NCBI GenBank assembly: GCA_038087875.1
Contig: CM075985.1
Location: forward strand, 17,360,001-17,424,000
Origin: Malacoraja senta
Taxonomy: Eukaryota
DNA: 64,000 nucleotides
Direction of reading: 5' to 3'
Below are positions 1 through 11,289 of the stretch, in pieces. Numbering within the stretch: position 1 is the first letter of the stretch; the number at the start of each line of letters is the position of its first letter. The translations under genes and the position numbers were made by a program. Below the pieces are notes generated by a model. It was given only the letters and a program-made list of their open reading frames with translations. It searched no databases and was not told the origin of the DNA.

Positions 1-388
1 ACACCTACGACAACCCACATCCACCCGCGACAAGCCACGACAAGGTAAGACAATTCAGTCGCCGGTTGACGTAGGTTAACGTAGGTTAACGTAGGTAGTC
101 GCCAATGGAATTCACCGGTCAGCACCGGCGACAACCTACGTCATCCTTGCGGCAACCTACGTCATCCTGGCAACAACCTACGACAGCACCTGCGTTAGGC
201 TACGATCGTTGGCGTCAAGCCCACGGGCGCCAACTGTCACCGAAAAGTTTTGAACATTTCAAAATCCAGCGGCAACCAGAAAAAAGGTACGACTCTTTGG
301 ACGACTGAGGAGACCATACAGGCGACACCCCGGCGACCATGTGGCGACAGTCTAGTCGCCTAAAAAATCGCCAAGTGAGGCAGCGGCA
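1..388. mobile_element. Partial PIF/Harbinger-type MITE (right part)
   Basis: Internal sequence homologous to the MITE at 42131-42390 (ACGACTCTTT..GACCATACAGG..ACACCC); degenerate terminal AAGTGAGGCAGCGGC. Confidence 0.6.
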
Positions 389-942
389 TTACATGGTTCA
401 ATCAGATCTGCTTGCATTGTTCTAAACGCCAAAGAAAACAGACCCAAACGGTTTAACCTTTCTTGGATACAAAGTGCTGGAGTAACTCAGCAGGTCAGGC
501 AACATCTCTGGAGAACATGGATAGGTGACATTTCACTTCGAGACCCTTTTCCAGACTTTTTAACGTCTCTTGATTGTACAATCCTCTTAACCAGGGAAAT
601 AACCTGAAGAATTTCCCTTGGACTGGTTACAGTTCCTTAGGTAAGGGAACCAAAACTTGGTGCTGTATTCTAGGTGTGGTCTCACCAATAGTATAAATAT
701 TATAACATTTCTCTCTTTCTAAATTCTAACCCCTTTGCAATAAAGGCCAAACGGCTATTTGCCTTCTAAAGTACTTGTCGCACCGGCCTGCCAAGTGTCA
801 TACTTAAAAACACCTAGACTGGAAAGCAGTGACGGGATCGGTCAAAGTCAGCATGGATTTATGAAGGGGAAATCATGCTTGACTAATCTTTTGGAATTTT
901 TTGAGGATGTAATGGATAAGAGAGAGCCAGTGGATGTAGTGT

Positions 943-1130
943 TTAAGAAAGAACTGCAGATGCTGGAAAAATCGAAGGTAGACAAAAATGCTGGAGAAAC
1001 TCAGCGGGTGAGGCAGCATCTTTGGAGCGAAATAATATGTGACGTTTCGGGTCGAGACCTGAAACGTCATCTATTCCTTCGCTCCATAGATGCTGCCTCA
1101 CCTGCAGAGTTTTCTCCAGCATTTTTGTCT
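943..1130. mobile_element. Palindromic Penelope-derived mini-element inserted in CR1
   Basis: Fold-back sequence flanked by a 17-bp TSD GCCAGTGGATGTAGTGT (926-942 / 1131-1147). Confidence 0.85.
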
Positions 1131-1598
1131 GCCAGTGGATGTAGTGTATCTGGACTTTCAAAAAGCCTTTGACAAGGTCCCACACAGGAGATTAGAGTGC
1201 AAAATTAGAGTACATGGTATTGTGGGTAGATTATTGACATGGATAGAGAACTGGTTGGCCGATAGGAAGCAAAGAGTAGGAATTAACGGGTCCTTTTCAG
1301 AATGGCAGGCAGTGACTAGTGGGGTGCCGCAAGGCTCCGTGCTTGGACCCCAGTTGTTTATAATATACTGTATATTAACAATTTAGATGAGGGAATTAAA
1401 TGTACCATCTCTAAGTTTGTGGATGGCACAAAGCTGGGTGGCAGTGTGAGCTGTGAGGAGGATGCTGTGAGGCTGCAGGGTGACTTGGATAGGTTGGGTG
1501 AGTGGGCAGAAGCATGACAGATGCAGCATAATGCGGATAAATGTGAGGTTATCCACTTTGGTGACAAGAACAGGAAGGCAGATTATTATATGAATGGT

Positions 1599-1690
1599 AA
1601 ACACAAAATGCTGGAGTAACTCAGCGGGACAGGCAGCATTTCTGGAGAGAAGGAATGGGTGACGTTTTGGGTCAAGACCCTTCTTCAGAC
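1599..1690 (-). mobile_element. Penelope-derived terminal fragment inserted in CR1
   Basis: TSD TGAATGGT at 1591-1598 / 1691-1698; carries a degenerate hammerhead core on the minus strand. Confidence 0.8.
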
Positions 1691-2699
1691 TGAATGGTGT
1701 CATATTAGGAGAAAGGGAGGTGCAACAAGACCTAGTCGCTTGTCCATCAGTCACTGGAAGTAAGCATGCAGGTACATCAGGCAGTGAAGAAAGCTAATGG
1801 CATTTTGGCCTTCATTGCGAGAGGATTTGAGTTTAGGAGCAAGGAGTTCCTACTGCAGTTGTAAAGGGCCCTGGTGAGACCGCAACTGGAGTATTGTGTG
1901 CAATTTTGGTCTCCTAATTTGAAGAAGGACATTATTGTTATAGAGGGAGTGCAGCGTAGGTTCACCAGGTTATGTCCCGGGATGGCGGGACTGACATATG
2001 ATGAAAGAATGGGTCAACTGGGCTTGTATTCGCTGGAATTTAGAAGGATGAGAGGGGTTCTTATCCGAACATATAAAATTCTTAGAGGATTGGTCAGGGT
2101 AGATGCAGGAAAAATGTTCTGATGTTGGGGGAGTCCAGAACCAGGGGTCACAGTTTAAGAATAAGGGGTAGGTCATTTAGGACTGAGATGAGGAAAAACT
2201 TTTTCACCCAGAGTTGTGAATCTGTGGAATTCACTGCCACTGAAGGCAGTGGAGGCGAATTCACTGGATATTTTCAAGAATAGTTAGATTTATCTCTTAG
2301 GGCTAAGGGCTAAATCAAGGGATTTGGGGAAAAAGCTGGAACGGGGTACTGATTTTGGATGATCGGCCATGATCATATTGAATGGCGGTGCTGGCTCAAA
2401 GGGCCGAATGGCCTACTGCTGCACCTATGTTTCTATCTCTGTAATTCCCGCATTTGCAGTCTCTTAATACGGCTGTGATAATATGCCCGGCAGTATATTT
2501 TTGCTGGCATTGGATCAGCCTTGGCCAGGAAACCATTTCCAGTGGATTGGAATGTCGCTTTGGGCTCCGACATAATTGAATAGCAAATTGAGGAGAGATT
2601 TGCCAACGGCAGTTGGACAGTGCCCTGAGAAGGATGTTTGCCTTTATGTGAGATGCAAGCAGAAAAAGCCAGAGCGAAAATCCCCCCAAAAAACTTCTT

Positions 2700-2968
2700 C
2701 CCAGAATTAAGGGACGTTCTTTTAGGAAGGAGATGAGAAATTTATTTAGTCAGAGATTGGTGAATCTGTGGAATTCTTTGCCAAAGAAGGCTGTGGGTAT
2801 TTTTAAGGCAGAGATAGATAGATTCTTGATTAATGCAGGTGTCAGAGGTTATGGGAAGGCAGGAGAATGGGGATAGGAGGAAGAGATAGACCAGCTATGA
2901 TTGAATGGCGGAGTAGATTTGATGGGTCGAATGGTCTAATTCTACTTCTATTCCTTATGACCTTATGA
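2700..2968 (+). mobile_element. CR1 3' fragment
   Basis: GTGAATCTGTGGAATTC...GGGTCGAATGGTCTAATTCT with a CTTATG-repeat tail. Confidence 0.8.
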
Positions 2969-3553
2969 TGATATGGGTTCAGACACCCAGGCATCTATCC
3001 TCCTGATCTGCTGTTGGACTCAGCACTCAGGACATGGGTGAATGACAGTCGTGCTGAGAGAGAGACTGGGGCCACTTTGCATTCCTCCCTTCACCATTAC
3101 ACCCACTATATTTGGCACATAGCATGGTATTGTTTGAATGGTGTAATTGACTTGGATTTTAAAGATAGGTTTCCTTTTGAAGTCAATCTTAATCATTTAA
3201 ATTAAGTTGTGCTACTTAAACATGACCATGCTGAGACCGCATGGTCTGGATCTCCGATTTGTGGGGCTACAAATAGTAAGTGTGACTGCAGCAATTTTGT
3301 TGGGATGGGAATAGGGAGAGTAGGGCATGAGAAGTGATCTGCATCAAGCATAACTTGGACAAATGACTGTCTGAATATTATAATGGTGAAATGGTTGAAC
3401 AACATCTACTGGCATTTGTTACTTCCCCCGCTTCCAAATAAACTTTATTCAGAATAAAAAATATATACAAAATAATAATCGTGCATAAACTCTTCAAACA
3501 ATCTCAGCATCTACACATTCATGTGTGTCGTATTCAGTAGGTCCACACCTATC

Positions 3554-3874
3554 TTTAGTTTAGTTTAGAGATACAGCGCAGAAACAGGCCATTCGACCCA
3601 TCAAGTCCAGACTGACCAGAGAGCCCCGCATATCAACACTATCCTACACCCTCTAGGGACAATATTTTTTACATTTACCAAGCCCATTTACCTATATACC
3701 TGTACATCTTTGGAGTGTGGGAGGAAACTGAAGATCTCGGAGAAAAACCCACGCAGGTCACGGGGAGATCGTACAAACACCGTACAGAGCACCCGTAGTC
3801 GGGATCGAACCCGGGTCTCTGGCGCTGTAAGCGCTGTAAGGCAGCAATTCTACCGCTGCGCCGCCGTGCTGCCC
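3554..3874 (-). mobile_element. tRNA-derived V-SINE (HE1-like)
   Basis: Minus strand shows A-box-like CGGCGCAGCGG, B box GGTTCGATCCC, V-domain core, CR1-like tail and (CTAAA)n end. Confidence 0.88.
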
Positions 3875-5049
3875 TTCAAACACACCTCTTTACACAAAAC
3901 AAAACACCCTTGCCACTCATCTGCCCCCCTGGAGTGATATCAATTCCATTTTTTGAGGGGTGTCCCGACCAGACTCTGCTGGTTACTGAACTAATTCCAA
4001 ATTCAGCCACTATTTGTTTAAAATTTCAGAATTCAAGATGTGGGCTCGACTGTTCTTGATGTCAATGAAACAGTTGATTAAGTATGACATCAAGAACCAC
4101 AGTGAAATTTAACAAAATGGAAATCAAGGGGAATATCTTTCTCCCGGCACATGGACAAATTCTGTGGTTGTTGAATGTCAATCGTTTCAGCCTCATTCTT
4201 CCCTGCCCTTTCCGAATGCTCCTGTATCTTGTTTCTTATTCAAATGTTTAGCCAATTCAGTTTGAAAACTATTATTGAATCTGCATCCAGATCTTAACCA
4301 CTTGCTTGAAGATGGTTTTCCGTATGTTACCTCTGGTTCCTTTATCGATCACCTTTAGCCTCTGTTTTCTGGTTACTAACTCTCCAGCCTCCGTAAACAA
4401 TTTGTCAATTTACTCTGGGAACAACCTCTGTCCCATGGCCCTTCAATCTTTTTCTGTTCCAAGAAGAACACCACAGGCCTTTCCGCTTGACTGCAAACCC
4501 TGGAATTCATTCCAGGAAGTCTTTTTTGTAACCTCTTCAAAGCCTTCATGCCTTTCCTAAAAGTGCTGACCAACATTTTACTGAATAAACTAAATACTTA
4601 CAAAAGGTTGGTTCTAACATTTTGACTTTTGTACTTTGGGTGTTTACTTATAATGTTCAAGATCATGATTGCTTCATTAACTATTTCCTGCCATCTTCAA
4701 AGATCTGGAAGTAAACACCCACATGTTTCTTTCTCTTTCAATCTCATTAAACTGTCCCATCTGGCAAGCAATATCTGCTCATATTGTTTTGCATTGAATT
4801 TGGGCTGCTACAGACTGAGGCAGAGCCTTCCGACACTGGAGTTACATCTCACAAATTTGATTGATTTTTTAAAGAAGTAACCAAGAAGTGAGAAGGGCTT
4901 GGCTTGAGACACCGTCTATATCTCGTTTCCCTTATCCCTAACCAGTCTGAAGGGTCTTGACCCGAAACATCACCCACTCCTTCTCTCCAGAGATGCTGCC
5001 TGTCCCACCGAGTTACTCCAGATTTGTGTGTCTATCTTTGTGTCTAGAC

Positions 5050-7350
5050 ATAATCTATAATCATAATCTTCAGCATGGCATTTGATTAGATTCCGCTTGA
5101 CAAGCTGCTCTGGAAGGTGGGATCACATGGGTTCCAGTAAGGGCTAGCTAACTGGATACAATTGACTTCACAGGTGGAAGGTTATTTTTCAGACTGGAGG
5201 TCTGTGATTTGTGGTGTGCCTCAGGAATCAGTGCTGGGCCCATTGCTATTTGTTGTCTATATCAACAATTTGGATAAGATTGTACAAGGCATGATTAGTA
5301 AGTTTGCAAATGAAAAAAAGTGACGATTTTTATCAAAAATTACAGCAGGATCTTGATCAGCTGGGCAAGTGGGTTGGGTTTAGTGCAGAAAAGTTGTAGA
5401 TGTTGCACTTTGGGAAGTTAAAGCAGGGCAGGACCTTCACAATGAAAGGTAGGGTTTTTTTTGGGGGGGGGGTTGTTGTGGAGCAGAGAAGTCTAGTACA
5501 AATACAGTTCCCTGAAAGTGACATCACAGGCAGATAAGGTGGTGATGGATGCTTTTGGCACATTGGGCTTCATCAGTCAGGGAATGAATATAGAAGTTGG
5601 GAAGTAATGTTATAGTTGTACAAGACATTGGTGAGGCTGCACTTGGAGTATTGCATTCAATTTTAGTCACCCTGCTATAGGAGAGATGCTGTTAGCTGGA
5701 AAGGGTGCAGAGAGGCCGTGAGCTACGGGGAGAGGTTGGGCAGATGAGGACTTTATTCTTTGGAGCACAGAAGGCTGAGGGGTAATCTTTTAGAGGTGTA
5801 CAAAATAATGATGGGAATAGATAGGGTGAATGCAAAGTTGTAGGAAGGAACTGCAATGCTGGTTTAAACCGAAGATAGACACAAAATGCTGGTGTAACTC
5901 AGCGGAACAGGCAGCATCTCTGGATAGAAGGAATGGGTGACGTTTTGGGTCGAGACCCTTCTTCAGACTGAGTCAGGGGAGAGGGAGATAGAGATAAGGA
6001 AGTGTAAGGTGTGAAAACAAGACAAAAGGGATGGAGATCAAGGAAAATGTAGAATAGATCATTGTTAGCTAGGAGAAGGTAACAACACAGCAAACAGAGA
6101 TAAAATGTAAACAAGGATAGTCAGAGAACTGGGAAGGGGGGGAGAGATGGAGAGAGAGAGGGAAAGCAAGGACTACTTGAAGTTAGAGAAGTCAATATTC
6201 ATATCGCTGGGGTGTAAGCTGCCCAAGCAAAATATGAGGTGTTGTTCCTCCAATTTGCGCTGGGCCACACTCTGACAATGGAGGAGGCTCAGGACAGAAA
6301 GGTTAGTGTGGGAATGGGAGTTAAAGTGTTTAGCAACTTAGGTAGGTTTAGTTGGACTGAGCCGAGGTGTTCAGTGAAAGGATCGCCGAGCCTGTTCTTG
6401 GTCTCGCTGATATACAGGAGTCCACACCTGGAACAGCGGATACAGTAGATGAGGTTGGAGGAGGTGCAAGTGAGCCTCACCTGAAAGGACTGTCGGGGTC
6501 CTTGGAAGGAGTCGATGGGGGGAGGTATAGGGACATGTGTTGCATCTCCTGTGGTTGCAGGGGAAAGTGCCTGGGGAGGGGGTGGTTTGGGTGGGAAGGG
6601 ACAAGTTAACCAGGGAGTTGTGGAGGGAACGGTCTCTGCAGAAAGGGGTGGAGATGGGAAGATGTGGCTAGTGGTAGGATCCCGTTGGAGGTGGCGAAAA
6701 TGTCGGCTGATGGGGTGAAATGTGAGGGCTAGGACGGCTCTGTCCCTGTTGCGACTGAGGGAGGGGGAGTTGGAGCTGCAGGATATCGAGGAGACCCTAG
6801 TGAGGGCCTGAATCTATGATGGAAGAGGGGAACCCCATCCCCTAAAGATGACTGTCCTCATTTACATTTTATCTGTTTGCTTTGCTGTTATCTTCTCCTA
6901 GGTAAAATGATCTATTCTACATTTTTCTTGAACTACATCCCCTTTGTCTCATTTTCGCACCTTACACTTCCTTATCTCTGTATCTCCCTCTCCCCTGACA
7001 CAGTCTGAAGAAAGGTCTCGACCTGAAACATCACCCATTCCTTCTATCCAGAGATGTTGCCCGTACCGCTGAGTTACACCAGCATTTTGTGTCTATCTTC
7101 GGGTGAATGCAGTCTTTTTCCCCAGGGTAGTTAAAATAAGAACTAGAGGGCATGGGCTTAAGATGAGAGGGACAAGATTTAATAGGGACTTTTTCCACAC
7201 ATTAGCTGGTGGGTATATGGAATGAGCTGCCACTGGTACGTGGATAAGAAATGTTTAGAGGGATATGTACCAAGCATGGGTAAATGGGACTCTTAGATGG
7301 GGCATCTTCGTTTACATGGATGAGTTGGGCCAAATGGCCTGTTTTTGTTC
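5050..7350 (+). mobile_element. Old CR1 RT/3' fragment interrupted by the Penelope element
   Basis: Degenerate [10 protein letters not shown] / LEYC motifs; sequence resumes after the TSD at 7101. Confidence 0.75.
5835..7100 (-). mobile_element. Penelope-like retroelement, 5'-truncated, with GIY-YIG endonuclease remnant and inverted terminal copy
   Basis: TCTSSNLIYCIRCSRCGLLYISETKNRL..F.EHL (GIY-YIG) and PCNHRRCNTCPY; 5870-6110 inverted at 6855-7100; 11-bp TSD GGGTGAATGCA at 5824-5834 / 7101-7111. Confidence 0.9.
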
Positions 7351-7882
7351 TGTTTGAAGGAATTTCCTCAATACTGAACAGATGCATTAGGATGCTTTTA
7401 CTTTACCTTGTGGAGTTTATTTGGATACAGTAGAAATTTCATTTCATTCATCACACGCTTGAGAAATAATAGTCTTCTTTTCAACTGCAGGATGTAGTCA
7501 GAGCTCCCCTGAGTTCTCAGTAAGAATATCTGCAGGGATTGAGGCTAAATCCAGTGCTTTCCGAGCTAATGCACTGGCAATCTTGTGAAAAATCCTACAA
7601 GGAGTTTTGATATTACGAGACTTCAATTCACTGCTGGTATTGTTATTGAATAAATGTTGAACATACCAGTATGATATATTTTTCCCTTTACAATTTTTAC
7701 TCCAACTGGAACCTATTTTAATTACATGGGTAATTTGTCCTTTCTATAAAGAGAGTGGGTCTTTACCGAAGAATCTCTTGTTAAGCTATACGGACTCTGT
7801 AAGTCTTTGCAGAGTTTGAAATAAATAAATTATTAATTCCCAATGATGTAGAAGACATATAATTGAAACTTTGATGGATAAA

Positions 7883-9885
7883 TCTATCTATCTATATACT
7901 ATTAATAGTCTCCACTTGTTTGTCTGTCTGTGATAGAAACATAGAAAATAGGTGCAGGAGTAGGCCATTCGGCCCTTCGAGCCTGCACCGCCATTTGATA
8001 TGATCATGGCTGATCATCCAACTCAGTATCCCATCCCTGCCTTCTCTCCATACCCCCTGATCCCTTTAGCCTCAAGGGCCACATCTAACTCCCTCTTAAA
8101 TATAGCCAATGAACTGGCCTCAACTACCTTCTGTGGCAGAGAATTCCACAGATTCACCACTCTCTGTGTAAATCTTTGATCTCAGGAGCTACGTTAAGAC
8201 GGTACACAATAGCGTGATTTTCTTTGCAGAATCTTACTCAGCTTTTTCCTGTGGTCGTTCGTATAAAGTTTCTTCCCATTTTATGTTATATTTCACAAGT
8301 TATTGATATTTCAAGGTTTAAAAAAGCCAACTTTAACAAGATTTTTACTGTTAAAATCCTTCCTGCCAGCTTCCAACAAACTTCGATGCAAAGTTGCAAT
8401 ACAGGAACACTCTGTGCTTCCACCAACATTTTACCTGAATGGAATATCACAGTCCTCCACCTGACATTTGCAACAATGTTGCCATCATACACTTACTCCA
8501 GCTCCTGGCAGGACGGGAGGGGGAGGGTGAATTGGTATTGCAATTGGGGAAGTGCAATTGGAATTTTTTTTAAGTCCATTGCTGAGGGAGGCAGGGGAGT
8601 GCTGGAATCTTACGTTTGGCAACGGGTTGAGTTGGGGGACCACGCCTCCCGTGGGGACTACGGGTTAGTGGTGCAATATTGCGTTGGGGAACAAGTTGCG
8701 TTGGGGGACCAGGCCTCCCGTGTGACAGGGACCCAACGGGACCCAGTTGGTCTAGTATATCTATATACTATTAAAACTCTGTGTGTGTGTGGATGTGTTT
8801 ATTTGTGGGTGTCACATTTGGCCTTTGATTCCTTGCTCCGCCAAAACCACACGCGAAAACTCCGCGATTTTTTCCATTTCGCTAGACATTACACTTTTAC
8901 ATACCCTAACACACTCCTTATTAGATTTAGACATTTTTATGTACACATTTTAAAATAAAATCCCCCCCCCCCTCACTCATTTTGTCTCCTCCTGCTGGCC
9001 AGCCACCATAATGGCTGCTGCCGCCCGGCTCTGCTCCAAAAACGCCACAATTTTTGGAGCAGAACGTGCTTCAGACCCCGGGTTCTGAAGCACGTTCGGG
9101 GTCCAGACCCAACGGGTCTGCTCTTGGTCTAGTATACTATTAAAAGTCTCGTCTGGTTTCTATGTGTGTGTCTGTGTGATGGTATTTTCACCAAAATGGT
9201 ACACGTTAGCGCTACAATTTTTGGCAGAACCGTACTCAGCTTTTTCCCGTCGTCGATCTAATCAAGTTTCCATCAAATTTTATATTTCACAAGTTATTGA
9301 TATTTAAAGGTTTAAAAAAGCCAACTTTGAGAATAATAATTGACTGTGAGTGAGACTTTTCTAGCAGCTTCCAGTGATGATGTCACAATGGCATCACACA
9401 GTCCTCCAATCACAATGGGATCTCATTTACATACGCTGCCATGAACATTCTGCCAGCCGAAAATGACATCACAATGGGATCTCAGCTGCCACTCCCCACA
9501 GAATTTTGAGAGACAGAATTTTGGTGATGCCCCTCTCTGGCATTGGTGGCCCAATCATTGAGCAGCAGCATCACCATTAGTAGAATCACGTGGGAAGGAA
9601 TTATTGGCTCCACGGAGCGCCAACGCCGACTCAAAAGTCGTCCATTCATTGGCTCCGGAAAGCGTTGACTGCCCCCCCCCCTCCATGTGGGAAGGATTGA
9701 TTGGCTCCAGGGAGCGCCGTCAGGTTGCGTTGGGGGACCAGGCCACCCGTGGGGACTATGGGCGAGTGGTGGAATATTGCGCTGGGGGAACGGGTGAGTG
9801 GTGGAAACGGGTTGCATTGGAGGAACGGGTGAGTGGTGGATTATTGCGTTGGGGGATGGGGCCCAACGGGTCCCACTTGGTCTAG
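7883..9885 (+). mobile_element. Three head-to-tail non-autonomous Helitron-like units (7883-8755, 8756-9132, 9133-9885)
   Basis: Each unit starts (TC)TATATACTATTAA or a shortened form and ends with the hairpin CCC-AAC-GGG followed by TTGGTCTAG; the array sits between A and T with no TSD. Confidence 0.72.
7933..8172 (-). mobile_element. Young CR1 3' fragment inserted in Helitron unit 1
   Basis: ATAGAAACATAGAAAATAGGTGCAGGAGTAGGCCATTCGGCCC, the reverse complement of the CR1 tail. Confidence 0.88.
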
Positions 9886-10087
9886 TATGCTATAAATGTG
9901 AAGATTAAGTGTTTACCCACCAGTATTTAAAAACATATAATTTCAATTTTTATTAAAAATCTGTTTAGCAGCCTGACTCATGTGAATGTATAAAATCAGT
10001 GATTTTTATTCATTTTATTAGCTCTCGGGTCAATTTCAAAAATACATTGGAGAAATGACTGGCAACAAAAAAGTTACAGAAATCAAC

Positions 10088-10290
10088 GGTACACAAAAAT
10101 GCTGGAGAAACTCAGCGGGTGCAGCAGCAACTATGGAGCGAAGGAAATAGGCAACGTTTCGGGCCGAAACCCTTCTTCAGACCGAAACGTTGCCTATTTC
10201 CTTCGCTCCATAGATGCTGCTGCACCCGCTGAGTTTCTCCAGCATTTTTGTGTACCTTCGATTTTCCAGCATCTGCAGTTCCTTCTTAAA
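10088..10290. mobile_element. Palindromic Penelope-derived mini-element
   Basis: Fold-back; 13-bp TSD TACAGAAATCAAC at 10075-10087 / 10291-10303. Confidence 0.85.
10153..10180 (-). ncRNA. Minimal type-I hammerhead ribozyme motif (Penelope-associated)
   Basis: Reverse complement reads CTGAAGA-A-GGGT(TTCG)GCCC-GAAA-CGTT. Confidence 0.6.
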
Positions 10291-11132
10291 TACAGAAATC
10301 AACTGTTAACTTTCACCTAATCTTCACCTAGATATATGCAAATGGAGCCTAATGGTGTTTTATACAGTTCTCCCAGACTTCGAATTTATAACTATGAAGA
10401 AAATGTTCCCTGTGTATAGTACAATTAGTTGGATTGTTCAATCCATGATCTAGTGTTACACTCCCCTCCCCCAATCCTCACTGCCTACCAATCCCAAACA
10501 ATTACCAGGGGATTATGTTAATCAAGGGATGGTTAACAATGTAATGATTGTTGGAACAATAAATAGCTGCTGTCTATATGTAATATTGGTATTCATCAGA
10601 CAAAACTTCCCAGGATTTGTTTGAGGAACAGGACCTCAGTCACAGAGTAAGTTAAATCACAATGGACCCGTACTTGTGTCCTGTCCTTGTCCTGCATTTA
10701 ACTTCCTGTTGGACATATTTGTAACTATAACCAGATCTTGCTGTGAAAGTCTGGTTTATAATGTATAATTAAATCAATCACATCGCACACCTGATATTTT
10801 AATAATGACCTGATTGCATGTAGAAAAAGGATACAGGTTTTTAAAAAGGGATTCTAATTTTCCTCAAAGCTTGTCTCAAACTTGGCCTGCTGATTTTGTA
10901 TTAATGTCATAATGACGTTCTGCCTGAACACTTTTCCCACCAATGTATTTTTGATCTGTTTAGCAGAAGGAAGAATGCAGTAAGTCACATCTTCCTGCCG
11001 TCCTTCTTGGTGTTCCAGCCACACAAATTAGATATCTTTCCATGTGTAATGAGTTAATTCTGCTGAGGAAACAACATTTTTTAGGCTAGAGATGACTTGG
11101 AGATCACTAACCTATCTATAACAAAAAGTTGC

Positions 11133-11289
11133 TTGGAGTCACTGGCTGTGAATGACGAAGAGCAGTGCACTGCTGTGACCTGTTCCCACCAGGGTAGGAT
11201 GCACTTAATGTTGGGGTCACTGGCTGTGAATGATGAAGGGCAGTGTATTGCTGTGACCTGTTCCCACCAGGGTAGGAGGCACTTAATGT
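11133..11289. repeat. 78-bp tandem duplication, 2 copies
   Basis: TTGG(A/G)GTCACTGGCTGTGAATGA...GCACTTAATG repeated at 11133 and 11211. Confidence 0.9.

Larger units (their letters stand above)
813..2440 (+). mobile_element. CR1 LINE (HER1-like), 5'-truncated and degenerate
   Basis: RT motifs [47 protein letters not shown]; CR1 3' end GGGCCGAATGGCCTACT...TATGTTTC. Confidence 0.93.

Noticed and set aside
3780-3874. tRNA-like A and B boxes
   Set aside because: Head of a V-SINE, not a tRNA gene
7400-7815. Possible minus-strand exons of a divergently transcribed gene (splice-like sites near 7406, 7595, 7666, 7712, 7766)
   Set aside because: Implied introns are very short (about 54-72 nt), frames hit stops and peptides are unrecognisable; cannot be supported without RNA-seq
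8224-8958. 244-aa ORF
   Set aside because: Lies in and across non-autonomous Helitron-like units; no recognisable domain
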